A stretch of 64,000 nucleotides of DNA, taken from Thermoanaerobaculia bacterium (GTDB lineage: Bacteria > Acidobacteriota > Thermoanaerobaculia > Multivoradales > JAGPDF01). The stretch is taken from contig CAWBFZ010000011.1 of NCBI GenBank assembly GCA_963788175.1, forward strand, positions 6,231 through 70,230, read 5' to 3'. How positions within the stretch are numbered: position 1 is the first letter of the stretch; every line of letters begins with the position of its first letter. Shown here one piece after another: positions 43,764 through 54,670 of the stretch. The position numbers and the translations under genes are program-made. A model generated the notes under the pieces. That model saw nothing but the letters and a program-made list of their open reading frames with translations. It made no database searches and was not told the origin of the DNA.

Positions 43764-45846
43764 TCAAGGAGCGCGCTGCACCTCGGCGAGCAGCGCGCGC
43801 AGGCGGGGCTCGTCCGGCGCGAGCTCGAGCGCGCGGCGCAGGGCGGCGAGCGCCGCCGCGCGATCCCCGGCACAGAGCTGGGCGAGGGCGGTGGTGGCGA
43901 AGACGTCGGAGTGGGTCGGCGCGAGCTCGCCGGCGCGGGCGAGATCGCTGAGCGCGTTCCCGCAGTCGCCGCTCTGCAGCGCGATAGCGCCCGCGAAAGA
44001 GCCAGAGGTCGGCCTCTCCGGGGCGGACGGCGATGGTTCGGTCGAGCAACGCGACACTCCGCGCGAGTCCACGCCGCGCGCTCGTACGCGATCGCCCGGC
44101 CGATGACCTGCTGCAGTGCCGTCGGGCAGGCCGCCGGCGAGCGCGCGCACCAGCAGCTCGTCGGCGCGGTCGACTTCGCCGGCGGCGAAGAGCAGCTCGG
44201 AGAGGTTCCAGAGCGCCGAGGCGAGACCCGGCTCGAGCTCGAGTGCGCCCTCGAAGGCGGCGCGCGCCTCGGCTTCGCGATGCTCGCCGCGCAGCACGAG
44301 GCCGTCGTTGTTCCACGAGCTCGCGGTGCGCGTCGCGTCGGGGCCGCCAGCGGCCAGGGCAGTCGGATTGGCGCGCATCGCTTCGCTGGCGCCGATGTAG
44401 CCCAGGGCCTGGAGCTTCGCGATCTCTTCCTGGCGGCGCGTTCCGCGCTGGGTCCACTGCCCGTGGCTGTCGCGGTGGACGGAGTCCGCGAAGCCGCGCG
44501 GCGCGCGGCGAGCTCGCGGAAGGCGCCGGCCGTAGTCGAAGGCCGGCGTGGCCGGCAGGCGGGACCGCGCCGAGCGGCCGTGGTTTCGGTGCCCGCGGCG
44601 GCCGGCAGCCCGGCGAGCGCCAGGAGGGTGGGGAAGACCTGACGCAGGCGGCCGCTCGCGGCGCGCCCGGGGTCGACTCCCGCGGCGCGCACCAGCCAGA
44701 TGCCCTGGCTGGCGGTGCCAGCGGGCCGCCGTCTGCGTGGCCGAGCTCGCCCACCGCTCGGGCCGGCCCTCGTTCCACAGGAAGCCGTGGTCGGAGGCGA
44801 CGACGACGCTCGCCTGCGCCCGGTCGGCCAGAGCGAGCAGCCGGCCGAGGAGCCCGTCGACTTCGCGGAAGTAGCGCTCGGGAACGTCGCGGTAGCGCTC
44901 GAAGTCGCGCTCCGGAATCGTCGGCTGGCGCGGCGGCGCGAACGGCGCGAAGACGTGGCCGATCGAGTCGGTGCCCTGGAGGTAGAGCAGGGTGAGGTCG
45001 GGCGGATCCGGTGCCCCACTGCCGCGGTCGGCGTCGGCGGCGAGCAGCGACTCGGCCATGCCGCCGTAGAGCCGCGTCTCGATCAGGATGCGGCGCAGCG
45101 CCGAGATCGGGTGGTCGTAGGCGCGCGCCGCTCCGGCGTGCGCGCGATACTCCGCCTCGGTGAGCCAGGGCAGGTAGGCGTGCACGGCCGCGAAGTCCGT
45201 CGCGCGCTTCGGCCGCCGCGAGCTCGGCCCGTGCCCAGTCGGTCTGCGCTCGCCGGGAAGATCGCGCCGGGGGGCGGCTCGGTCTCGACGTTGAGGAAGC
45301 CGAAGAGGCGGTCCGAGACCACGATGCCGTCCACCGGCTCCGCCGGATGCGTCGCCCAGAGCCCCAGCAGGTTGACCCGCTTGCCGGCCCAGGTGAGGGC
45401 ATTCCAGATCGCCGGCGCGCGGCGATCTTCACTGCCGATCGGCTCGCGCAAGCCCGAGCCGGGGGCGAAGCGGCTGAAATCGAGGATGCCGTGCTCGAGC
45501 GGCGAGAGGCCGGTGAGCATCGACGTCCACAGCAGCGGCGAAAGCGCCGGCGTCTCCGACTCGAGCTCACCCCAGGCCGCGGTCGGCGCGGAGCTGCGCG
45601 AGATGCGGCATCGCCCCCCGAGCGAGAAGCGGCTCGAGCTGCTGCCAGTCGGCGCCGTCGAGCCCGATGAAGAGGATCGGCGGTCTCGCTACTGCGCGCT
45701 GCGCGAGCTCGGCGACCGTGCGCGGCCCGTGCGAGAAAGCCGCGGCGCTGGATTCGGATGCCTGCCGCCGCGGCGACGAAGTCCTGGCAGGCTTGCAGCA
45801 GGAGCCCGCCCGCGAGCAGGAAAGCGATGACAGATCGGCGTCGCAC
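43764..45846 (-). CDS. lipoprotein: alkaline-phosphatase-superfamily (nucleotide pyrophosphatase/phosphodiesterase-like) domain plus C-terminal TPR repeats; many frame breaks
   Basis: ATG at 45846 MRRRSVIAFLLAGGLLLQAC (lipobox). MLTGLSPLEHGILDF...IWNALTWAGKRVNLLGLWATHP (ORF 45083..45520). LYLQGTDSIGHVFAPF...VVVASDHGF plus TPR-like EAEARAAFEGALELEPGLASALWNL...ALAALRRALELAPDEP (ORF 43764..45185). Confidence 0.65.
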
Positions 45847-45953
45847 CGGGCGGCATCTTAGCGACTCGAGGCTCGCCGAAGTGGGTCCGCCAGGAAATCG
45901 CCGGTGGCAGTGCCCGGCCTACCCAGACCTGTTCGTGCCCGGGCGCTGACCGG

Positions 45954-46370
45954 TCAGGGACGCAGGCCGGCGTCGACCGGCTTGCGCAGGAACTCGGCCA
46001 GGGCTTCGTCTTCGGTGTGGATGTGGGTCAGCATCCACAATTCGAGGCTCTCGATGGCGGCCTGGGCATCCGCGGCGGGATCGCCGAGGATCCGGGTGGA
46101 GAGCTCGCGGAGCTCGGCGATGAGCCGGTCGTGCTCGACCAGGTGCGATGCAAACCCGGGATAGGCGTGCAGCCGCATCAGGTGCTGTTCCCCCAGGAAA
46201 TGGGCGTTGGCGAAGGTCTCGAGCTGGTCCATCAGAACGACCACTTTGGCGCGATCGTCCTCGGTCAGCGCCGCCTGCAGCGCGCGCACCATCTGCAGCT
46301 CGAGAGCGTGCTCCTGGTCCATGGTTCCTATCCCGGCCGCTGCATTGTCGTCCATTCTGTTCGGTGCCAT
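45954..46370 (-). CDS. hemerythrin-like metal-binding domain protein
   Basis: ATG at 46370 within ORF 45954..46511. His/Glu pattern MDQEH...H..E..L...H..H...ED (IGTMDQEHALEL, ANAHFLGEQHLM, LVEHDRL, LTHIHTEDEAL). Confidence 0.7.
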   Translation of the reverse strand: MAPNRMDDNAAAGIGTMDQEHALELQMVRALQAALTEDDRAKVVVLMDQLETFANAHFLGEQHLMRLHAYPGFASHLVEHDRLIAELRELSTRILGDPAADAQAAIESLELWMLTHIHTEDEALAEFLRKPVDAGLRP

Positions 46371-46434
46371 CGCTCGCTCCTGTCTCTCGTCGGCCGCAGG
46401 CGGATTCGGAGAGGATTCTACGCGCCGGCCCGGC

Positions 46435-48295
46435 CTAGGTCCCCGGTCCGTCGGGTGGGCCGTCGAGCCCGACCAGGCGGAGCAGCACGAGAGCGTTGGT
46501 GGTGGTCGCAAGTCCGTTGCGGAGCTGGTAGTCGAACGTCATGCGGGGGCCGTCCGACCCCTCTTCGACGGTTTCGCGAAAGTGGACGTTGTGGAGGCGG
46601 GGGGCGAGCGCCGGGACGCGCGCGATCTCGAGGTCGTGCGTCGAGACCGCGCCGATCGCGCCAGAAGCCAACAGGCGCTCGACGATTTTTCCGACCGCGA
46701 TCCGGCGCTCTTCGCTGTTCGTGCCGCGCAGGATCTCGTCGAGGAGAAAGAGCACCCGCGGCGAGTCGCCGGACGAGCGCTTCGCGCGCGTGACGATCTG
46801 CTGCAGGCGCTGCAGCTCGGCGAGGAAGAACGACACTCCCTCGACGAGCGAATCGTCGATTCGCCCGCTGGTCTCGACCGCGACCGGAGGCATTCGGAGC
46901 GCCTGCGCGCAGACCGGCGCCCCGGCCTGCGCGAGCAGAGCGTTCACGCCGATGGCCCGCAGCAGGGTGCTCTTGCCCGACATGTTCGAGCCGGTCACCA
47001 GCAGCAGGCGGCCGCGCGGGCCAACCTCGACGTCGTTGCCGACGCGCGCGGAGTCGGGCAGCAGAGGGTGGCCAAGGGCGCGTGCGGTGAGACTCGCCGC
47101 CGTCGGATCGATCTCGGCGAAGGCCCAGTCGGGGTGATCGAAGCGCACGCCGGCGAACGCCGCCAGCACCTCGAGCTCGCCGGTCGCCGCCAGCCACTCA
47201 CCCGTGAAACGGCCGGCGCGCCGCTGCCAGGCCGCCACGCGTTCGAGCAGCAGGAGATCCCACGCCATCGCCGCCTGCAGGAGGGTGTGGACGCTCGAAT
47301 GCCGCACATCCGAGAGCTCGGACAGTCGATGCAGCCGGCCGAGCTCGGCCGCCGCGTCGAGGCCCGAGGCGGACAGCCGTGCCTGGATCTCGACCAGGCC
47401 GGGGAGAAGCGAATCGCCTCCCGGCGCCCACCTGCAGGAGCTTCGCGTAACCCGAGAACGACCCCTCGCGCGCCGACAGGCGCTCCATCTCCGACTCGAG
47501 GGCGCCCTTCACCAGCCAGGTCCAGGCGTAGTTGCCGACCAGCACGAAGAGCCAGAGATGGATCGGCACGAGTCCTGAAGCCGCCAGCAGGAAGGTCGCT
47601 AGACTGGCGAGCGCCGAAACTCTGCCGGCGACCCGCAGGCGGGGGTGAAGCTCGCTGAACGGAACGCCTGCCGCCCACTCGACGAAGCGCGCCGTTGCCG
47701 CGGAAGTGGCGGCGAGCGGCATGGCCGCCACCTCGAGCTCCTGCCGGAAATCAATCTCAGGAGCAAGCTCGCCGACGGCGTCCTGGCGCTCCACGACCTC
47801 CCTTACCGAGCCTTTGCTTTCTGTCAGCCAGGCCGCCAACGTTTCGCGACCGGACGGTGTTGCTACCGCGCCGAGCCACTGCGCGACCGAACCGGGACCG
47901 AAGAGATTGAGGTCCCTGGCGGTCGCCGAAGCCGTGGCGGAATCCGGAAACAGGCGCACGGGAAGCGCTTCGAAGCGACGCTCCAGCCGAGCGAGAGCCT
48001 GCTCGTTGACGGTCCGCCGCGCGGCGCAGGCGCGCTCGCGCCCGATGACACGTTCGTGCCAGGAGACGAAGCCGGCGAGAGCTCCCGCCCCGACACCGCA
48101 AGCAATCCAGGGTGCAAGGCGTCCGGATCCCAGGCCTGCGACGCCGAAGCCGCCGCCGATGAGGAAGAGTACGAAGGCCGCGAAGCGGGCCCAGGAGATG
48201 CGGAGGGAAAGGGACGCCGCCCGCCGCTCGGCGGTCGCCGCTGCCGCCGCCCGCGGGCGATAGACCGTCCCGGCACCGGCGCTCGACGACATCAC
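46435..48295 (-). CDS. membrane-anchored MutS-domain-V ATPase (MutS-related, no mismatch-binding or Smr domain seen); about 2 frame breaks (47300-47430)
   Basis: N-half is ORF 47198..48295 with two hydrophobic hairpins (FAAFVLFLIGGGFGVAGL..., LASLATFLLAASGLVPIHLWLFVLVGNYAW). C-half is ORF 46435..47307: Walker A TGSNMSGKSTLLR, SFFLAELQRL, Walker B VLFLLDEILRGTN, STHD. Confidence 0.7.
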
Positions 48296-48323
48296 GGCTG
48301 CACGATAGCGCGCCGGCCGGCGC

Positions 48324-49413
48324 TCACGCGGCGCTCCGCTTGAGGATCCGGTTGCAGCGCCAGACGAGGTAGTGGACGTAGAGCCAGAAGTGGCGGAAGG
48401 CGGGGTTGCGCGTCTCCCTTCGGTGGTAGCGCAGGTAGATCTGCTGCGCGATCGCGGCGAGGCGGAACAGGCCGAAGATCTCGTAGAAGGTCCAGTCTGC
48501 GGCCGAGACCTCGGGCAGGCCGGCCTTGCGGCAGTAGGTCGTCACGACCTCGCGCCGGGTGAGCATCCCGGGCAAGTGGGTCGGCTGGCGGCGCAGGGCG
48601 CGGAAGAGCGGGTCGTCGCCGGCCTCGACCCAGTAGGCGAGGGCGCTGGCCAGGTCCATCAGCGGGTCGCCGACCGTCGCCATCTCCCAGTCGAGGACGC
48701 CGACGATGCGTGTCGGCTCCCGCGGGTCGAGGACGACATTGTCGAAGCGGAAGTCGTTGTGGATGACGCAGCTGCCAGCATCGGCCGGGGCGTGCGCCTG
48801 GAGCCAGGCCGTCAGCTTCTCGGCGCGCGGCACGTTGCCGGTGCGCGCCTTGCGGTAGCGGTCGTTCCAGCCGGCGACCTGCCGCCGGGCGTAGCCGCCG
48901 CCCCGGTCGAGCATGTCGAGGCCGGCCGTCTGCGGATCGACGCGATGCAGCGCGACCAGCGCGTCGATGAAGTTCAGGCAGAGCTCGGCGGGCAATCTCG
49001 GGCGCGAGTCGGAGGTCGGGCGGCAGCTCGCGCCGCAGGATGATCCCGTCGATGCGCCGCATGACGTAGAAGTCGCAGCCCAGGACCGCCGGGTCGGCGC
49101 AGTAGGCGAGCGCCTCGGGCACCAGCGGATAGTGCGCTGCCAGGCGGTTGAGGATCTGCGACTCGCGCGCCATGTCGTGGGCGGACTTCGGCCTTGGTTC
49201 CCGCCGGCGGCCGGCGCAGCACGAGATCGTGCCCCGGGTAGCGCAGCCGGTAGGTCCAGTTCGAGGCGCCGCCGCGATAGCGGGTCACGGCGGCAGCGGG
49301 CTTCCGGCGAGGGCCGGAATCCGGCTCTGGAGCCAGGCGTCGACGCGCGCAGATTGCGCTGGCATCGAGGTCGCCGTCGAAGCCGCTCGCCGGGCGGGCT
49401 CGCCTGTCGCCAT
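48324..49413 (-). CDS. APH-fold phosphotransferase (ACAD10/11 N-domain-like kinase); 2-3 frame breaks
   Basis: ATG at 49413. [23 protein letters not shown] (ORF 48974..50902 tail). [22 protein letters not shown]...FYVMRRIDG (48292..49173). [14 protein letters not shown]...[18 protein letters not shown] (48324..48995): Brenner-type HxDxxxxN and DWE motifs. Confidence 0.75.
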
Positions 49414-49425
49414 CGGGCGGCGCTC

Positions 49426-50681
49426 TCAGGCTTTCGTCGCGGCCGCAGCGGGCGGATCGTACTTGCGCAGCTCGAGCCTCGCGATCAGGTCGCGGTGCAC
49501 GGCGTCGGGGCCGTCGGCGATGCGCAGGGCGCGCGCCATGGCGAAGCAGGCGGTGAGCGGCAGGTCGTTGGTCAGCCCGGCGCCGCCGAAGAGCTGGATC
49601 GCCTCGTCCGCGACCTTCTGCAGCATGGCGGGGACGACGACCTTGATCGCCGAAATCTCGCCCCGCGCCCGCGCGGGTCACCCGCCTGATCGATCTTCCA
49701 CGCGGCGTGCAGGACCTGGAGACGCGCGCCGTCGATCGCGATGCGCAGGTCGGCGATGCGTTCGCGGTTGCCGCCGAGGTCGGCGAGCGGTCTTGCCGAA
49801 GGCGGTCCGCTCGCGGCTCCGGCGCACCATCAGCGCGAGCGCCCGCTCGGCGGCGCCGATGGCGCGCATGCAGTGGTGCACCCGCCCCGGTCCGAGGCGC
49901 CCCTGGGCGATTGCGAAGCCCTGGCCGGGCTCGCCGATCAGGTTGGCGCGCGGCACCCGCACGCGGTCGAACTCGACCTCGCCGTGCCCCGCCGGCGGAT
50001 CGTACTCGCCGAAGCAGGGGAGCATGCGGACGATGCGGACGCCGGGTGTCGTCGAGCGGGACGAGCACCAGCGCTGTGCCGGTGATGGCGATCCGGCGTC
50101 CGGGTCGGAGACGCCGACGAAGAGCCCGAGCTCGCAGCGCGGGTGGCCGAGCCCGGTCGCCCACCACTTGCGTCCTTCGAGGACGAGCTCGTCGCCCTCC
50201 ACGGCGATGCGTCGCGGCGAGGTTCGTCGGATCGCTCGAGGCGACGCCGGGTTCGCTCATGCAGAAGGCGGAGCGGATCTCGCCGGCGAGCAGCGGCCGC
50301 AGCCAGCGCTCCTGCTGCTCCGCGCGTGCCGTGGTGGAGCAGCACCTCCATGTTGCCGCTGTCGGGGGCGTTGCAGTTGAAGATCTCGGGCGCCAGGGCG
50401 CTCCAGCCCATCGCCTCGGCGAGCGGGGCGTAGTCGAGCGTGCCGAGCCCCGCGCCCAGCGCCGGGTCGGCCAGGAAGAGGTTCCAGAGCCCGGCGGCGC
50501 GCGCCTTGGCCTGCAGCCCGGCGACGAGGGGAGAATCCCGCCACTGCACCCAGTCCGCACCGGCGCAGGTTCGCGCCCGGGTGGCGAGGATCTCCGCCTC
50601 GACCGGCTCGACCTCCTCGGTGAGGAAGGTGCGCAGGCGCGCGAGAAGGCTCTCGGCGAGCGGCGACAGGGCGAAATCCAT
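49426..50681 (-). CDS. acyl-CoA dehydrogenase family protein (FadE2 / ACAD10-11 C-domain-like); at least 5 frame breaks
   Basis: ATG at 50681 [31 protein letters not shown]. Then [30 protein letters not shown]; [15 protein letters not shown]; [27 protein letters not shown]; [34 protein letters not shown]. Pieces are in ORFs 49938.., 48974.., 49678.. and 49426..49626. Confidence 0.75.
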
Positions 50682-50828
50682 GACCTGCGGAGTATGGCGC
50701 AAGTGCGGCCGGCCGGCGGGAAAAGTGGGGTCGGGAGACGCCTGTCGCCACCCCGCCGGACGGTTCTGGGCGCTGCCGGAGACGGTATCTTTGGGCTGTC
50801 GCAGTTCGGGATCGAAAGGAGACCGGCG

Positions 50829-51987
50829 ATGCGGATCGGAATTCCCAAGGAGACCCACGCCCACGAGCGCCGGGTCGCGCTCACGCCGTCCGGGGTGCGC
50901 ACGCTGGTGCAGGAGGGGCACGAGCTCTACGTCGAGAGCGGCGCCGGCGTCGAAGCCGGGCACGCCGACAGCCTCTACGAGGCCGCCGGCGCGCGGATCG
51001 TCTTCGACCGGATGGAGATCCTGCTGCGGCCCGAGCTGCTCTCCTGCGTCCATCCGCCCCGGACCGACGAGTTCCGGCTCCTGCCGGCGAATCAGACCGT
51101 CTTCGCCTTCTGGGGCCTCCCGGCGGCGCATCCGGAGGACATCGCCCAGCTGCTCTCGAGCGGCGTCACCGCGGTCGGTCTCGAGGCGATCGAGGACGCC
51201 CATGGCAACGCCCCGATTCTCACCTCCATGTCGGAGATCGCCGGCGGACTGTCGGTGGTCTTCGGCGCCGGGGCCCTGCTCAACACCGGCCGAGGGCAGA
51301 GTGGGCGCGGCATCCTGCTCGGCGGCGCGCCCGGGGTTCCGCCGGCGCACTTCGTGGTGCTCGGCGCCGGTGTCCTCGGGACGAGCGCGGCGCGCGCCGC
51401 GATGGGCCTGGGCGCCCAGGTCTCGATGCTCGACGTCGCGATCGAGCCGCTGCGGCGCGCCCGCGAAGCGCTCGGTCCGGGCCTGACCACGATGCTCGCG
51501 ACCCCGCCCAACATCGAGAAGGCCATCGCCTTCGCCGACGTCGCTGCTCGGCGCCGCATCGGTGCACGGCCAGCGCGCTCCGCTGCTCGTCCGGCGCGAG
51601 ATGCTGGCGCTCATGCGGCCGCAGAGCGTGATCCTCGACCTTTCGATCGACATGGGCGGCTGCTTCGAGACCTCGCGACCGACCTCGTTCCCCGACCCGA
51701 CCTACACCGTCGACGGCATCATCCATTTCTGCGTGCCGAATCTGCCGTCGGTGGCGGCGCGCTCGGCGACGCTCGCCCTGACCAGCGTCCAGTTGCCCTA
51801 CATCTCGGCGGTCGCCCGCGACGGCATCGAGTCGGCGGCGCTCGAGCACCCGCGTCTCGCGCGCGGCGTCTACCTTCACCAGGGCGCCTGCGTGCACCCG
51901 TCGCTCGCCCGTGTCCACGGTCTCGCCCTCACTCCGGGACCGCCCTGGGCGACGCCGCGGACGCCCGCTGGCGGGAAGGAAAACTGA
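50829..51987 (+). CDS. ald: alanine dehydrogenase family protein; 1 frame break (about 51545)
   Basis: SD AAAGGAG plus ATG at 50829 [40 protein letters not shown]...MSEIAG...VLGAGVLG (within shadow ORF 49707..53288). Continues in ORF 51562..51987 ([19 protein letters not shown]...HFCVPNLPS). Confidence 0.75.
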
Positions 51988-51989
51988 CC

Positions 51990-53288
51990 ATGCAGTGGAA
52001 CGAGGCCTTTCGCCGCAAAGTGATGTCCGCCGAAGAGGCGGTGAAGGTCATCCGCTCGGGCGACCACGTCTGGATTCACGCCGGCTGCAACGCGCCGACC
52101 GAGCTCATCCGGGCGATGACCGCGCGCTCCGGCGAGCTCGAGGGCGTCGAGGTGATCCACCTCATGGTCCTTGGAGAGGCGGCATACGCAGCGCCCGAAC
52201 ATGCGCACGCCTTCCGCCACCGCGCCATGTTCACCGGCGCGAACGTCCGCGAAGCTGTCGCCGACGGCCGCGCCGACTACGTGCCGATCTTCCTGTCGGA
52301 GATCCCGCTCCTCATCAACTCCGGACTGCAGCCGGTCGACGTCGCCCTCATCCACGTCTCGCCCCCCGACGAGCACGGCTTCTGCTCCTACGGCGTCGGC
52401 GTCGAGTGCACCAAGGCGGCGGCCGAGCGCGCCTCGACGGTGATCGCGCTGGTCAACCGCCAGATGCCGCGCTCGCTCGGCGACAGTTTCATCCACGTCT
52501 CGAAGCTCTCGCGGGTGGTCGAGATCGACCGCTTGCCGGTGGAGCTGCCGGTTCCGGGCAGCCCGAGCGAGGTTTCGAAGGCCATCGGTTCGCACATCGC
52601 CGAGCTCATCGAGGACGGCGCCACGCTGCAGATGGGCATCGGCGAGATTCCGGACGCGGTGCTGCTCTTCCTCACCCAGAAGCGCAACCTCGGCATTCAC
52701 ACCGAGATGTTCTCCGACGGCCTGATCGATCTCTTCGAGAGAGGCGTCATCACCAACGAAGCCAAGACCCTCCACCGCGGCAAGATCGTCGCCTCGTTCC
52801 TGCTCGGCACGAAGAAGAGCTTCGACTTCCTGCACAACAACCCCTTCGTCGAGTTCCACCCCAGCGACTACGTCAACGACCCGACGATCATCGCCAGGAA
52901 CGACAAGATGGTGGCGATCAACTCGGCGATCGCGATCGATCTCACCGGTCAGGTCTCCGCCGACTCGATCGGCCGGCGGATCTACTCCGGTTTCGGCGGC
53001 CAGGTCGACTTCGTCCGCGGCGCCGCACGCTCCAAGGGCGGGAAGCCGATCATCGCCGTGCCCTCGACGGCGCAGAAGGGCACGGTGTCGCGCATCGTCG
53101 ACGTGCTCGCCGAAGGCGCCGGCGTCGTCACGTCGCGCGCCGACGTGCACTACGTCGCGACCGAGTTCGGCATCGCGAGTCTGTTCGGCAAGAGCCTGCG
53201 CGAGCGCGCCCAGGAGCTGATTGCGATTGCCCATCCCGACTTCCGCGAGGAGCTGCGCGCGGCGGCGAGGAAGAGGAGGTTCTTCTGA
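51990..53288 (+). CDS. acetyl-CoA hydrolase/transferase family, 4-hydroxybutyrate CoA-transferase-like
   Basis: ATG at 51990, intact 432 aa. Carries YVPIFLSEIP, LQMGIGEIPDAV, HTEMFSDG, AINSAIAIDLTGQV, SGFGGQVDF. Confidence 0.85.
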   Translation: MQWNEAFRRKVMSAEEAVKVIRSGDHVWIHAGCNAPTELIRAMTARSGELEGVEVIHLMVLGEAAYAAPEHAHAFRHRAMFTGANVREAVADGRADYVPIFLSEIPLLINSGLQPVDVALIHVSPPDEHGFCSYGVGVECTKAAAERASTVIALVNRQMPRSLGDSFIHVSKLSRVVEIDRLPVELPVPGSPSEVSKAIGSHIAELIEDGATLQMGIGEIPDAVLLFLTQKRNLGIHTEMFSDGLIDLFERGVITNEAKTLHRGKIVASFLLGTKKSFDFLHNNPFVEFHPSDYVNDPTIIARNDKMVAINSAIAIDLTGQVSADSIGRRIYSGFGGQVDFVRGAARSKGGKPIIAVPSTAQKGTVSRIVDVLAEGAGVVTSRADVHYVATEFGIASLFGKSLRERAQELIAIAHPDFREELRAAARKRRFF

Positions 53289-54631
53289 TGTCCATCGCTT
53301 CGACCACCGCGCTCCATCTGGCGAACGCTGCGACCCCTGCACCTTCGAACGGCGCGAACGGCTACGTCGACACCCCGTGGAGCGACCGCTTTGCGATGCG
53401 CACCGAAGGGCTCACCAGCTCGATCATCCGCGAGCTGCTGAAGTACACCCAGGATCCGGAGGTCATCTCCTTCGCCGGCGGAATGCCGGCACCGCAGGTC
53501 TTCCCGGTGCCGGAGATCGCCGCCGCCTGCCGCAAGGTGCTCGCCGAACAGGGAACCATCGCCCTGCAGTATTCGGCGACCGAGGGCTATCTGCCGTTGC
53601 GCGAGATGCTGGTGCGTCACATGGAGCGCTACGGCATCCGGGTGACGCCGGCGAACGTCCTCATCACCTCGGGCTCGCAACAGGCGCTCGATCTCATCGG
53701 CAAGCTGCTGATCAACCCCGGCGACCGTCTGCTGGTCGAGGCTCCCACCTATGTCGGCGCACTCCAGGCGTTCAACTCTTACGAGGCGCGCTATCTCACC
53801 GTGCCGCTCGACGGCGAGGGGCTGCAGGTCGACAAGCTCGAGCAGGAGCTGCGGTCGGGTCCGAAGTTCCTCTACGTGCTGCCCAACTTCCACAATCCGG
53901 CCGGGACGACCCTGCCGGTGGAGCGGCGCAACCGCCTGGTCGAGCTCGCGAGCCACTACGGCGTGCCGATTCTCGAGGACGACCCGTATGGACAGCTGCG
54001 TTACGAGGGCGAGCACCAGCCGCCCCTGGTCGAGATCGACTCCGAGTATCACGGCGAGCGCACCGGAAAGGCGGCCGCTGGCGGCCGCTTCCGCGGTGGC
54101 GTGATCTATCTTTCGAGCCTCTCGAAGACGCTCGCGCCGGGGCTGCGCATCGCCTGGGTGGTGGCGCCGACCGACGTCATCAGCCGCCTGGTGCAGATCA
54201 AGCAGGGGGCCGATCTCCATACCTCGACTTTCAACCAGATGGTCGCCTTCGAGACGGCGCGCGGCGGCTTTCTCGATCACCACGTGAAGGTGCTGCGCGA
54301 CTTCTATCGCCAGCGCCGCGACGCGATGCTCGACGCGCTGAGCCGGTACATGCCGGACGGAGTCGAGTGGACGCGCCCGCAGGGCGGCCTCTTCCTCTGG
54401 CTGACCCTCCCCGCGGGCGACCTGCAGAAGGTCAGCGCCGCGGCGATCCTGCAGGAGGCGGTGAAGTCCAAGGTCGTCTTCGTCCCCGGCTCGGCGTTCT
54501 ATCCCGGCCCGTCTGCGGACGGCAGCGGCGAGCGCTCGATGCGCCTCAACTTCTCCTACTGCACGCCGGAGGTGATCGAGGTCGGAGTCCGTCGCCTGAG
54601 CGAGGTCGTGGCGCGCGCGCTGACGGCTTAG
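53288..54631 (+). CDS. PLP-dependent aminotransferase, class I/II (2-aminoadipate/aromatic transaminase LysN-like)
   Basis: ATG at 53288 overlaps the previous stop (TGATG). Intact 447 aa. Carries ISFAGGMPAP, LQYSATEGYLPLRE, VLPNFHNPAGTTL, YLSSLSKTLAPGLRIAW (PLP Lys), RLNFS. Confidence 0.8.
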   Translation: MSIASTTALHLANAATPAPSNGANGYVDTPWSDRFAMRTEGLTSSIIRELLKYTQDPEVISFAGGMPAPQVFPVPEIAAACRKVLAEQGTIALQYSATEGYLPLREMLVRHMERYGIRVTPANVLITSGSQQALDLIGKLLINPGDRLLVEAPTYVGALQAFNSYEARYLTVPLDGEGLQVDKLEQELRSGPKFLYVLPNFHNPAGTTLPVERRNRLVELASHYGVPILEDDPYGQLRYEGEHQPPLVEIDSEYHGERTGKAAAGGRFRGGVIYLSSLSKTLAPGLRIAWVVAPTDVISRLVQIKQGADLHTSTFNQMVAFETARGGFLDHHVKVLRDFYRQRRDAMLDALSRYMPDGVEWTRPQGGLFLWLTLPAGDLQKVSAAAILQEAVKSKVVFVPGSAFYPGPSADGSGERSMRLNFSYCTPEVIEVGVRRLSEVVARALTA

Positions 54632-54670
54632 CTCCCTGGATGTCAGCTGGTGCCGGGGGCGCTGCGGGAG

